The position numbers and the translations under genes were made by a program. A stretch of DNA of 64,000 bases, taken from assembly GCA_965222375.1 (NCBI GenBank), contig CBDCTZ010000011.1, positions 384,001 through 448,000 of the forward strand, in the 5' to 3' direction. Each line of letters begins with the position of its first letter. The stretch's first letter is position 1. Below are positions 1 through 9,167 of the stretch, in pieces. Under the pieces are notes generated by a model. That model made no database searches, was not told the DNA's origin, and saw only the letters and a program-made list of their open reading frames with translations. The DNA comes from Polyangiaceae bacterium (lineage in GTDB: Bacteria; Myxococcota_A; Polyangia; Polyangiales; Polyangiaceae).

Positions 1-130
1 TGCGCTGCAGGTTTGCCATCGGCTCCGTCCAGCGCCGCCGAAGCACGCGCTTCAGCGCTCTAGATTCTTCGGCCAGCTCGCGGAGATCCCTCCGGAGCTG
101 GCTCAGATTGATGTCGATTGAATGTTCCAT
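1..130 (-). CDS. Hypothetical protein, N-terminal part only (runs off window edge)
   Basis: ATG at 130 preceded by AAGGAAAAACGAAA; open frame MEHSIDINLSQLRRDLRELAEESRALKRVLRRRWTEPMANLQR; not in ORF track. Confidence 0.65.
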   Translation of the reverse strand, partial: MEHSIDINLSQLRRDLRELAEESRALKRVLRRRWTEPMANLQR

Positions 131-344
131 TTTCGTTTTTCCTTGAATAGATGTGCGCACCCGCGCGAAGGCGTGGTGGTTACGGGCGCACGGGTACCTG
201 CACGGCTGGTCGAGCGCGCCCGACGCTGCCCCCTTCGCGTGAAATCCGGCGCGGCCGCGTGGTCTCACCGGTGCCAAGCGCGCGCGACCAGACAGTCGCG
301 CCCTCGCGTCGTCACCCGCTTGCGCGGAACTGGACGCGTGTTTG

Positions 345-417
345 TTGCGGGGACCCGATTCGAACGAGTGTCTCCGGGAGGCTATCCCGGTGTAGGAACC
401 GCTCCTACCACCCCGCA
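345..417 (-). tRNA. Atypical tRNA-like RNA (tRNA-fMet-like body, non-canonical anticodon loop ATAGCCT)
   Basis: Minus strand folds as a 73-nt cloverleaf: TGCGGGG/CCCCGCA acceptor, GTAGGA/TCCTAC D-arm, CCGGG/CCCGG anticodon stem, ACTCG-TTCGAAT-CGGGT T-arm, followed by ACAA rather than ACCA. Confidence 0.75.
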
Positions 418-561
418 GTTCGACGCCGAATGAGCGTCCTGAGTCATGTGTGAAGCCGCCGCCAAAGCTGCTCAGAGCTGCGCAGCATGCTTCCCTCTCC
501 CCTTGAATACAGCTGAAATCAGTTACTAAAGAAGCCGAACACCTACTTTTCTCACGTCGCG

Positions 562-589
562 ATCATACGTCCTTTATCGCGCTAGTCAA
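562..589 (-). promoter_or_regulatory. Sigma70-like promoter upstream of the tRNA-like gene
   Basis: TTGACT-N16-TATGAT on the minus strand, next to a relatively AT-rich patch. Confidence 0.4.
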
Positions 590-635
590 GGTGGGGAATG
601 TACCGACACGCAGCGCGCGGGTCGACCGACGGTAG

Positions 636-1517
636 TCATGGCCGAATCACCCCGGCTGCACTCAGCGCATTCTTCGCGCCGCGCCGCGCCCAACCCACCG
701 CCGCTGAGCCGCGTCCGCTTAGCTTTCGCGCCATCCGTCTGCGTCGGGCCGAATCGAAGTACCCGTTCGGAAACATCGCTCGAAGCGAATCATCAAGAAA
801 CACATCGAAGACGAAATGCACTCGGTCGACGCTGGAACGGTTTTCGGCTTCATGAGGAAATGAGAAATCCCCGTACCAAGTTTCTCCCACGCGAAAGGGC
901 ACCGGGCTCCCTGCCAGCCAAAACACGTTGCCGGGTTCAGACTGCACTGGCACGTGCAGCCGCGCCACGCCGTCGTCGACGCTCAGACCTTCGTCACAGT
1001 GCTCGAAGATGCGGCCACCCGCCGCGATCTTCATGAGCCGAGCCCGCCGCTTGCCTCCGCTGAACCGAGCAAGAACCTCACGAAAGTAGGGCGTCCGCTC
1101 GAGCAACTCCGTCTCAACGAAAGGCAGCCCCTCGGCGACGTGAATGTCTCGTGGGTCCTCGCTGTTGCCGATCAAGGATACCGCACTCCAAGATCCGTCG
1201 TGGTAGCCGGTTTCGTGCTGCGCCCACAAACTCGGGTTCACCTTGGCGAGATCTTGCCGCAGCCGTTGCGGCTCGAAGCGCGGGGGCAGGCGAAGGGCCG
1301 TGGTGACGCCCAACGCGCGGCCTACACCGGCGCGATAGGCACCGTGCAGCATGACGGAGGTAATGCGATCCATACGCATGACCACTGCCGCCGCGCCGCT
1401 ATCTCTGGCTTTGCCGATCACCGTCCGATCACTCCAAACGCCGGCGGTCCACTCGCGATACCAAGTCCAATCAGTCCGGCGCCGGAGCATAGTTTCACGA
1501 ATGAAGGACGATCTCAC
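636..1517 (-). CDS. Aspartyl/asparaginyl beta-hydroxylase domain protein (2OG-Fe(II) oxygenase); true start may be about 1379
   Basis: HxD (EHCDEG), RLHVPV, GETWYGDFSFPH..N....RVHFVFD motifs. Confidence 0.8.
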   Translation of the reverse strand: MRSSFIRETMLRRRTDWTWYREWTAGVWSDRTVIGKARDSGAAAVVMRMDRITSVMLHGAYRAGVGRALGVTTALRLPPRFEPQRLRQDLAKVNPSLWAQHETGYHDGSWSAVSLIGNSEDPRDIHVAEGLPFVETELLERTPYFREVLARFSGGKRRARLMKIAAGGRIFEHCDEGLSVDDGVARLHVPVQSEPGNVFWLAGSPVPFRVGETWYGDFSFPHEAENRSSVDRVHFVFDVFLDDSLRAMFPNGYFDSARRRRMARKLSGRGSAAVGWARRGAKNALSAAGVIRP

Positions 1518-1619
1518 TCATGCAGCTGCGGGTTTCCTAGCAAGTTCGCGGGTCGGCGATGGCCGTCCGCCGCCAGCTCCCCTCGACAAAGCCCAAGATC
1601 GACCCTACAGTCCCGACCG

Positions 1620-1696
1620 TCGCTCGGGGCGCGGCTATTCGCTGCTGAGAAGAACCCGTTGAACCTGATCTGGTTTGTACCAGCGGAGGAAAGCGA
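1620..1696 (+). ncRNA. TPP (THI-box) riboswitch
   Basis: GGGG...GCTGAGA...ACCCGTTGAACCTGATCTGGTTTGTACCAGCGGAGGAAAG directly upstream of thiC. Confidence 0.92.
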
Positions 1697-1753
1697 AGCC
1701 GGCAGTCGGCGTCTCTTTCCAGCCCCAGCGGCGAGTCACGAAGGAGAACGAAC

Positions 1754-3529
1754 ATGCCCGCCTGGACCCTGCCGCTTCGCGGCGCCGCGAACCCGTCGAG
1801 CCAGAGCAACGGAACCACCCCTGGCTCCTTCGCGCTCTCGCCGAACATCGGGGGCCCGCTGGCTTTTAGCTCACCAGACACGCCGGGCATGCCCGCTCCC
1901 AGTGACAAGACCGCCTGGGACTTTCTCCCCGAGGGTTGGTCCCGCGGTGCGGACGGATTCGCGGTGGCCCCGGAGGGGTTCGAGCCGGTCACTCAGTTGG
2001 AGCACGCGCGGCTGGGCAATGTGACACCTGAAATGCGTCGGGTTGCGGAGCGGGAATCGCATCTCAGCCCCGAACAGGTTCGTGACGAGGTTGCCGCTGG
2101 GCGCATGATCATCCCGGCAAACAAAGTGCATCTCGGTTACCAGCTGGACGCCATGTGCATCGGTCGCGCCAGCCGCACCAAGGTCAACGCGAACCTCGGT
2201 GCATCGCCCGTGTCGAGCGGCACCGACGAAGAAGTCGAAAAGATGGAATGGAGCGTGCGCTGGGGCGCCGACACGGTGATGGATCTGTCCACTGGCGGCG
2301 ATCTGGATGCCTGTCGTGACGCGATCATTCGCGCATCTTCCGCGCCCATCGGCACGGTGCCCCTCTATTCGATGATCATCGGGCGCAAGATCGAAGATCT
2401 GACCCCGGAAGTCATCATAGACACGCTACGCCACCAAGCGGCTCAGGGCGTCGACTACTTCACGATTCACGCGGGACTGCGCCGAGAGCATCTACCCTTG
2501 GTGAAGCAGCGCTTGATCGGTATCGTCAGCCGCGGTGGCTCCCTGCTTGCCAAGTGGATGCTCGTGCATGGCAAGGACAACCCGACCTACGATCTCTTCG
2601 ATCAGATCTGCGACGTGATGCGGGAGTACGACGTCAGCTTTTCTCTCGGCGATGGCCTGCGGCCTGGGGGCCTGGCGGACGCGAGCGACGAAGCACAACT
2701 TCGCGAACTCGAGACCTTGGGTGAGCTGACCGAGCGCGCCTGGCGCAAGGGGTGCCAGGTCATGATCGAGGGTCCCGGTCACGTGCCCTTCGACCAGATC
2801 GAATTCAACATGAAGCTCGAGCGGCGACTGTGCCATGGCGCGCCCTTCTATGTGCTGGGGCCAATCGTGACGGACGTGTTCCCGGGCTACGACCACATCA
2901 CGAGCTGCATTGGCGCGACTGCCGCGGCCTATCACGGTGCGAGCATGCTCTGCTACGTCACGCCCAAGGAACATGTGGGTTTGCCCAAGCGCGACGACGT
3001 CAAGCAGGGCTGCATCGCATACAAGATCGCCGCCCACGCGGCCGATGTGGCTCTGGGCATTCCCGGTACCCGGGATTGGGACGACGATCTGACCAAGGCT
3101 CGGGCCGCGCTCAATTGGGAGAAACACTTCGACCTGGCCTTCGACGGTGAGTACGCCCGAGCCCTGCACGACGAAGACCTGGACGTGGATACGGACTTCT
3201 GTGCCATGTGCGGTCACGACTGGTGCAGTGTGCGCATCTCCAAAGAGATCGTAGGGTTTGCCAGCGGCAACGCCGACGGCTTCGAGCGGGCCCGCGTCGA
3301 AAAGAGCGCCGCCCTCACGGAAGAGCAGCGCCGGATCTTGCAGCAGCGGGGAGTGCTTTCTCCGGAAGAGATCCACAAGCTAGCGAGCAAGACTCGTGAC
3401 GCCGTGGGCGCGGAGCAGGGCCACAAGGCCACGTGTCACAGCGACTATGTGGACCCGGATGCGGCGCAGCGTTTGCAGCAGCAAAAGCTGGTGACGATTT
3501 CCAAGAAGCCTCAGCCGACGGCGCGGTAA
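1754..3529 (+). CDS. thiC: Phosphomethylpyrimidine synthase ThiC
   Basis: [52 protein letters not shown] Fe-S motif; AAGGAGA RBS; TPP riboswitch upstream. Confidence 0.97.
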   Translation: MPAWTLPLRGAANPSSQSNGTTPGSFALSPNIGGPLAFSSPDTPGMPAPSDKTAWDFLPEGWSRGADGFAVAPEGFEPVTQLEHARLGNVTPEMRRVAERESHLSPEQVRDEVAAGRMIIPANKVHLGYQLDAMCIGRASRTKVNANLGASPVSSGTDEEVEKMEWSVRWGADTVMDLSTGGDLDACRDAIIRASSAPIGTVPLYSMIIGRKIEDLTPEVIIDTLRHQAAQGVDYFTIHAGLRREHLPLVKQRLIGIVSRGGSLLAKWMLVHGKDNPTYDLFDQICDVMREYDVSFSLGDGLRPGGLADASDEAQLRELETLGELTERAWRKGCQVMIEGPGHVPFDQIEFNMKLERRLCHGAPFYVLGPIVTDVFPGYDHITSCIGATAAAYHGASMLCYVTPKEHVGLPKRDDVKQGCIAYKIAAHAADVALGIPGTRDWDDDLTKARAALNWEKHFDLAFDGEYARALHDEDLDVDTDFCAMCGHDWCSVRISKEIVGFASGNADGFERARVEKSAALTEEQRRILQQRGVLSPEEIHKLASKTRDAVGAEQGHKATCHSDYVDPDAAQRLQQQKLVTISKKPQPTAR

Positions 3530-3571
3530 GTCAAGCTTGGCGCGCCCCGCAGTCCCGGGGCATGGCCACCG

Positions 3572-5224
3572 CTAGTTCTCGCAGTTGCCGTTCTTGCAAG
3601 TCTTGCCGCCCTTGCAATCATCGTAGCAGCCACTGCAGTTCTGATTGGTTCCCAGCTGTGTCTCGCAGCCATTCGTGCGGTCGCTATCGCAGTCCCCCCA
3701 ACCGCTGTGACAACTGCTGTAGTCGCAGCTACCACTGTCACAGTATCGACCCGAAGCGTGCACGACGTTGCAGGGCTGTTTGCAGCCACCACAGTGGTTG
3801 TAGTTGGTTTGCGTGTTGATGCAGGTTCCGCTGCAGTCGGTCAATGAGCCGCAGTTGATCCCGCAAGTGCTGCTACTACAGGTCGGGCTCCCGGGGTTCG
3901 GGTCCGGGCAGACCTTGTCGCACTGACCGCAATGGTTGACGTTGTTGGTGGTGTCGACGCATTCGTTGCCGCACTTCGTTAGTGGGCTACCGCAAGTGAA
4001 GGTGCACGAGCTGCTCTGGCATGCGGGCGTTCCGCCCGACGGCGCGCTGGTGCACTTTTTGTTGCAGATGCTGCAGTGATTGACGTTGTTGGTGGTGTCG
4101 ACGCATTCGTTGCCGCACTTCGTTAGTGGGCTACCGCAAGTGAAGGTGCACGAGCTGCTCTGGCATGCGGGCGTTCCGCCCGACGGCGCGCTGGTGCACT
4201 TTTTGTTGCAGATGCTGCAGTGATTGACGTTGTTGGTGGTGTCGACGCATTCGTTGCCGCACTTCGTTAGACCGGGGTTGCAGGTGAAGCTGCAGTTCTT
4301 GCTGACGCAGGCCGGCTTCCCACCGCTGGGTGCGCTAGTGCACTTTGTGCCACAACCGCCGCAGTTGCTGGTGGTGGTCAGGTTCGTCTCGCAGCCGTCG
4401 TTCGGGTCGCCGTCGCAATCGCCCCAGTTGCCTTGGCAGGATGGCGTGCACTTGCCGGCCTTGCACTGGGTGACTGCGTTCAGGGTTTGACAGACTTTGT
4501 TGCAGCCGTTGCAGTTGGCCGTGTCGGTTTGGGTATTGACCTCGCAGCCGTTTTTGGGGTTGCCGTCGCAGTCGGCGTAGTTGGCGTCACATTTCTTCAT
4601 GACGCATTTGCCACCAACGCATTCTGCGGAGGCGTTGGCGAACGTGCAAGGGATCCCACACAGCCCGCAGTTGTCGACGTCGGTCAGGATGTTGGTTTCG
4701 CAGACCTCGTCCAAATCACAGTCCGCTTCGCCGACGGGGCAGTTGGACTGCTTGCACTCGCCGGCCTTGCACACGATCCAGGTGGGGCCCTGGGTCGTGC
4801 AGTCGTTGCCGCATGCGCCGCAGTTGAGGGGGTTCGAGCTCAAGTTCGTCTCGCAGCCATCCGTAGCCCCATTGGCGCAGTCGGCGAAGCCTGGATCACA
4901 CTCGCCCAGATCGCAGAGTGGGTCACACTTATCCGCATCGCAGAGATGGTTGCTGCACTTCGCCGTGGCGTTCGGAATGTTGCAGGGCTCGCAGGAGGTG
5001 CCCCCGCAACCCGTTGCAGGGTCGGCGTTGGGAATGCACTTGTCGTTGCACACCTTCGCGCCGACGAAACACTCGCCGCTGATGCCATCGAAGCCCCCCG
5101 CCGCGTCTTCGACGCCGCCATCGCCATTCGGGGTGACTCCTTCGCCGGCTGTGTCCAGGCCGCAGGCCGCCGCGAGCAGCGCTCCGGCTCCGACCAAGCA
5201 AATCGCGCGAACGACTCGCAACAT
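3572..5224 (-). CDS. Cys-rich repeat lipoprotein (myxobacterial GCE(T/V)N..NCG.CG..C repeats)
   Basis: LAAAC lipobox; many CD...NGCETNL...NCG.C repeats. Confidence 0.85.
   Translation of the reverse strand: MLRVVRAICLVGAGALLAAACGLDTAGEGVTPNGDGGVEDAAGGFDGISGECFVGAKVCNDKCIPNADPATGCGGTSCEPCNIPNATAKCSNHLCDADKCDPLCDLGECDPGFADCANGATDGCETNLSSNPLNCGACGNDCTTQGPTWIVCKAGECKQSNCPVGEADCDLDEVCETNILTDVDNCGLCGIPCTFANASAECVGGKCVMKKCDANYADCDGNPKNGCEVNTQTDTANCNGCNKVCQTLNAVTQCKAGKCTPSCQGNWGDCDGDPNDGCETNLTTTSNCGGCGTKCTSAPSGGKPACVSKNCSFTCNPGLTKCGNECVDTTNNVNHCSICNKKCTSAPSGGTPACQSSSCTFTCGSPLTKCGNECVDTTNNVNHCSICNKKCTSAPSGGTPACQSSSCTFTCGSPLTKCGNECVDTTNNVNHCGQCDKVCPDPNPGSPTCSSSTCGINCGSLTDCSGTCINTQTNYNHCGGCKQPCNVVHASGRYCDSGSCDYSSCHSGWGDCDSDRTNGCETQLGTNQNCSGCYDDCKGGKTCKNGNCEN
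3936..4269. repeat. Exact 144-bp in-frame tandem duplication (about 2.3 copies)
   Basis: Unit starting TTGACGTTGTTGG recurs at 3936, 4080 and 4224; 48-aa unit LTKCGNECVDTTNNVNHC... Confidence 0.9.
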
Positions 5225-5302
5225 GATCTGAAGTGTACCCGGCCTGCGGCCTGACCGCACATGCATAGCCCAAAGCCTGCGAAACTCCGGCGTTTTACCG
5301 GC

Positions 5303-5776
5303 TCAGGGGATCGGCGCTTCGGCCTGCATAGCCTTGGATTCGCACTTTATGCGTTTCAGCCCCGCATGCTTGCCGTGCTTGCCCGGACCACTCAAGAAGT
5401 TCTCCAGGACGAATTTGGTGCACGCGCCTTTGATGTGCAGCGTGCCCTCCACGGCTGTCACGCGCACCACCGTGTTGTGCTTCTTTGCCAGCGCGGTCTG
5501 GACCTGAGCCGCGATCGCGCCTTGAACGGCGGTTTGAAGCTGGATGCGCTCCCTTGCACCGGTTGCGGCGATGAGCTGCTCGGTTCGCTTCGGATCACAA
5601 GTGGGGTCCGTGTAACAAGGCTGGGCTGCGACCGCCAAGCGCTGCTTCTCGGTCATGTTGCTAAAATCTGGGATCGCAGCGGCCGGGGTCGCCGAAGGGG
5701 CAGGAGAGGGCGCCGGCTTTTCCTCGCAGGCGCAGAAGAGGGCCCACATGGCCGCGGCGTAGCTGATCCGTTGCAC
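5303..5776 (-). CDS. Hypothetical lipoprotein
   Basis: ALFCAC lipobox followed by Pro/Ala linker. Confidence 0.65.
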   Translation of the reverse strand: MQRISYAAAMWALFCACEEKPAPSPAPSATPAAAIPDFSNMTEKQRLAVAAQPCYTDPTCDPKRTEQLIAATGARERIQLQTAVQGAIAAQVQTALAKKHNTVVRVTAVEGTLHIKGACTKFVLENFLSGPGKHGKHAGLKRIKCESKAMQAEAPIP

Positions 5777-5832
5777 GCTGCTCTCTTATCACTCGAGTGC
5801 CGGCCAGCAAAGTTGCTAAGCTGCCCGCGCCC

Positions 5833-6651
5833 ATGTCGCCCATTTTCGACGCCTGGATTCAGCACCCAACTCCGGAGTTTATCGCCCAACCCATGTTTGC
5901 GAGTTTGCGGCGCTGGATGGGCATCACGGAAATCCCCGACAGCATTCCGCCGGAGGTGACGCTGAGTGCCTTGGACGCTGCGGGCGTCAACAAGGCGCTC
6001 ACCTGCGCATGGTACGGACCCGACGGCACGCCCATCAGCAACGACCAAGTTGCCGCTCTGGTGCGTGACTTCCCGGATCGCTTTCTAGGAGCGGCGAGCG
6101 TCGACCTACGCAAGCCCATGGACGCCGTGCGCGAACTGCGTCGGGCGGTCAAGCAATTGGGCCTGCACGCGTTGCGCATCTTGCCCTGGTTCTGGGGGCT
6201 GCCGCCCAACGATCGTCGCTACTATCCTCTCTATGCCGAGTGTATCGAACTCCAGATCCCGTTCTGCCTCCAGGTCGGCCACGCGGGCCCGCTGTTGCCG
6301 AGCGAACCCGGTCGTCCGATCCCGTACTTGGATGAGGTGGCCTGCGAGTTTCCTGAATTGGTGATTGTCGGCGGTCACATCGGCTATCCCTGGACCGACG
6401 AAATGATCGCCATGGCCACGAAGTATGAAAACGTGTTCATCGACACCAGCGCGTACAAGCCCAAGCGCTACCCGCCCGCGCTGGTGGAGTTTATGCGCGG
6501 GCATGGTGCGAAGAAGGTCCTATTCGGAAGCAACTATCCGATGATCTTCCCGGCGGATTGCCTGGCGCAGGTCGAGGAACTCGGCTTGTCTGAGCAAGCG
6601 CAGCGCCTGTTCTTGCATGACAACGCCGCCCGCATCTTCACTCGGAACTAG
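5833..6651 (+). CDS. Amidohydrolase family protein (Amidohydro_2)
   Basis: IFDAWIQH, GGHIGYPW, NVFIDTS, KVLFGSNYP, DNAARIF motifs. Confidence 0.9.
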   Translation: MSPIFDAWIQHPTPEFIAQPMFASLRRWMGITEIPDSIPPEVTLSALDAAGVNKALTCAWYGPDGTPISNDQVAALVRDFPDRFLGAASVDLRKPMDAVRELRRAVKQLGLHALRILPWFWGLPPNDRRYYPLYAECIELQIPFCLQVGHAGPLLPSEPGRPIPYLDEVACEFPELVIVGGHIGYPWTDEMIAMATKYENVFIDTSAYKPKRYPPALVEFMRGHGAKKVLFGSNYPMIFPADCLAQVEELGLSEQAQRLFLHDNAARIFTRN

Positions 6652-7075
6652 GACGCGGCCCGTACCAGCGCCCGCCACCGATGGCCAGGGCCACATAGGC
6701 CATCTGCGGGCGATCCTTGGGACCTGAGTGAGCCGTGCAGGCATCGAACCAGGGCTCGCCTGCTTCGTCGCTTTGCTGAGCCTGCGCGTTGGCGGAAAAG
6801 ATAGTGGTGGCGATGCGTGCGATAGCTGTCTTTGTAGTCACGCTGATCATGGTCGTGCGCATCAACACGTGGGTGAATGGGGTGGCGATGAGTGCGATAG
6901 CTGTCTTCGTAGTCACGAAAGAGCTGTGCGGAGCTGCCGCAAAAATGCCCGCCGAGTAGCGCTAGCCGATTGTTAACTTTTGTTGAGCGCCATATTGTTT
7001 GGGGGTCGAGAGTTGTGCCGGACCTGGGCCACTACTCTCGTATTGGGCCGCGCGTTCGCGCGCCGGGGGCGCGAC

Positions 7076-8179
7076 TCAGTCGCACAAGTACTTCCGTGCG
7101 CGCGTTGCGCCGGGCTTGGCCGAGAGCATGAACAAGTCCGACCCCTTCGCGGTGGGTTCAGCATATCGAACCAGTTCGCACATGCTGGCCACTTTGCCTT
7201 CCTTGAGCCATGCTTGAAACGACAACGCGGGTTGCACCACGTATTCGTATTCGCTTCCCTTGTAGGGACGCGTACGCAAGATCACGCTTTTGGCGTCGAA
7301 GGGCTGGGCAAGAATGTTGGCGCGGTAGTGCCTGGTGCTGAAGCTGAAGTAGTCCTCCGCGTTGGAGAGGTACACCACGCGGACGGGCAACCTGGCTTGC
7401 TTGGCGAATGCCGCCAAGTCGGCCAGCGCTCGATTTTGCGTCAAGTCACCGCGGACGGCGCGCACTCGCTTCTCTCGCCACAGCTTGCGCAACCAGTCGT
7501 ACTCGCTTTCATCCGTCAAAAACGACGCAATCCCCGCCTTCCTAAATTGGGTTCGCAGCGTCGTGAGCCGCTTCTTCACTTCTGCTCGGGCTTGACCAAA
7601 AGCTCGCCACTTGCGCCATCGGTTCTCATGCGCCGGGAAGCGCTCCTTGAGGGCACGCTCGACGTCCTTCTGCCCGCGGTATCCCCAAGCTCCCAAGAAG
7701 GCGTCGATGTTGTCGTGGGCCAAAAACAGCGTGCCGTACACCTCGTGCAGATCCACGATCCAATCGTCGAAGTCGGTCAGGACCAGCACCTCCGCCCGGG
7801 CCCATGCTCCCAGCAAGTACATTTGCTCGGCACCAACACCGGTCACGATCCCTCCGAGGCCATTGACGGGTTTGCGAAACAGTTCGGGCGAGTGCTCGTT
7901 GGACGTGAAGTAGTGGCGACCCCGCGTCGTCGCCGGAGGCGCGGGGTCGAAGCGGATCTTCGACAGCTTCGCGGCGACCTCGGGCCCAAACGTCTTCTGC
8001 GTGCTGCTTGCGGCTGCCGGGGTCTGTGTCGGCACTGGCGCCGCGCTAGCAGCGGGAGGCGTGACTTCGGGCGCGCTTTGGGGTTCGGGCTGTCGACTCA
8101 CCGGGCCCTGAGGGCTCGGGCCCGAGGAGGCGCATGCCGATAAGACAGTCAATACCGTAGACGCGATCCAAGTGCGCAT
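7076..8179 (-). CDS. Hypothetical lipoprotein
   Basis: MRTWIAS...LSAC lipobox; SNE, GVGAEQ, YLSNAEDY conserved-looking motifs. Confidence 0.75.
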   Translation of the reverse strand: MRTWIASTVLTVLSACASSGPSPQGPVSRQPEPQSAPEVTPPAASAAPVPTQTPAAASSTQKTFGPEVAAKLSKIRFDPAPPATTRGRHYFTSNEHSPELFRKPVNGLGGIVTGVGAEQMYLLGAWARAEVLVLTDFDDWIVDLHEVYGTLFLAHDNIDAFLGAWGYRGQKDVERALKERFPAHENRWRKWRAFGQARAEVKKRLTTLRTQFRKAGIASFLTDESEYDWLRKLWREKRVRAVRGDLTQNRALADLAAFAKQARLPVRVVYLSNAEDYFSFSTRHYRANILAQPFDAKSVILRTRPYKGSEYEYVVQPALSFQAWLKEGKVASMCELVRYAEPTAKGSDLFMLSAKPGATRARKYLCD

Positions 8180-8246
8180 TGCTGGGCAGGGTACTAGAAA
8201 GTGCGCCAACTTGGATCCTCGCCCGGCGCTGCAGTACTCTCCGTCG

Positions 8247-9167
8247 ATGCGACGGCTGTCCGCTGCAATCTGCGCGCTCGCGGTGGCGAGCACTGCGTCT
8301 GCAGATGAGCAGGACGGCCAGGCGACGGCGAGTTCCCCCGCGGAGAAGACTCGGCGCGTTGCAGCGGCGTGCAGAAAGCCGCCCAAGGGCATGCGTTGCA
8401 TCCCCGGCGGCACTTTCCTGCGTGGCACGAAGCGAGGACCCAAATACTCGCGCCCCCAGGCGAGCATCTGGATGGACACCTTCTACATGGACGCGACGGA
8501 AGTGACCGTTGCGGCTTACGAGGCTTGCGTCTCCCGCGGGGGCTGCGAAAAAGCCCGCACTATCTACGAGGATTTTTCCCGCCCGCGGCAACCCAAGGTC
8601 GGTGTCAGCTGGCATCACGCCGACGCTTACTGTCGGGAGAGTGGGAAACACCTGCCCACGGAGGCCGAATGGGAAAAGGCTGCACGAGGCACAGATGGTC
8701 GGCGCTATCCCTGGGGAAACGAGAAGGCCACCTGTAAGCATGCGGTGATCAAAGATCGCCGTGGACGCAGTTGCGGTGTGCAGAAGACCGGAACGAGCCG
8801 CGCTACCGGTCGCACCTTTGTAGTTGGGTCGCGTTCCCCGAACCCGTACGGCCTATACGACATGTCCGGCAACGCCTGGGAGTGGGTCGCGGATTGGTAT
8901 TCGAGCAGTTACGGCCGCTGCGGCAAGGCCTGCAGCGGCGACAACCCCAAAGGCCCCTGCGACGGCAAGGCTCCCTGCAAAGGCCGGTTCGAGCGGACCG
9001 TTCGAGGCGGCTCCTGGTACTGGGGTCCGGAACTCGCGACGACGATCACTAGGCGTGCTCACGCACCGGACAACAAGCCCTACCATCACTACGGTTTTCG
9101 CTGCGCCGCCAGCGCAGCGGAGGCATCACGCCTGATGCCCAAGCGGAAGCGGGAGCGTCGAAGGTGA
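8247..9167 (+). CDS. Formylglycine-generating enzyme (FGE-sulfatase) domain protein
   Basis: LPTEAEWEKAARG, YPWGN, NPYGLYDMSGNAWEWV, RGGSW, GFRCA. Confidence 0.92.
   Translation: MRRLSAAICALAVASTASADEQDGQATASSPAEKTRRVAAACRKPPKGMRCIPGGTFLRGTKRGPKYSRPQASIWMDTFYMDATEVTVAAYEACVSRGGCEKARTIYEDFSRPRQPKVGVSWHHADAYCRESGKHLPTEAEWEKAARGTDGRRYPWGNEKATCKHAVIKDRRGRSCGVQKTGTSRATGRTFVVGSRSPNPYGLYDMSGNAWEWVADWYSSSYGRCGKACSGDNPKGPCDGKAPCKGRFERTVRGGSWYWGPELATTITRRAHAPDNKPYHHYGFRCAASAAEASRLMPKRKRERRR

Noticed and set aside
185..240. SRP RNA-like words (GCAGC and CAGGT) on the minus strand
   Set aside because: They occur in the wrong order and lack the GNRA-capped helix of SRP domain IV
449..466. Sigma-54 promoter before the tRNA-like gene
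   Set aside because: TGGC is present but the -12 position reads TCAC, not TTGC
954..2024. Long alternative-frame ORFs, here and throughout the window
   Set aside because: Typical high-GC shadow ORFs overlapping genes or the riboswitch that have clear family motifs
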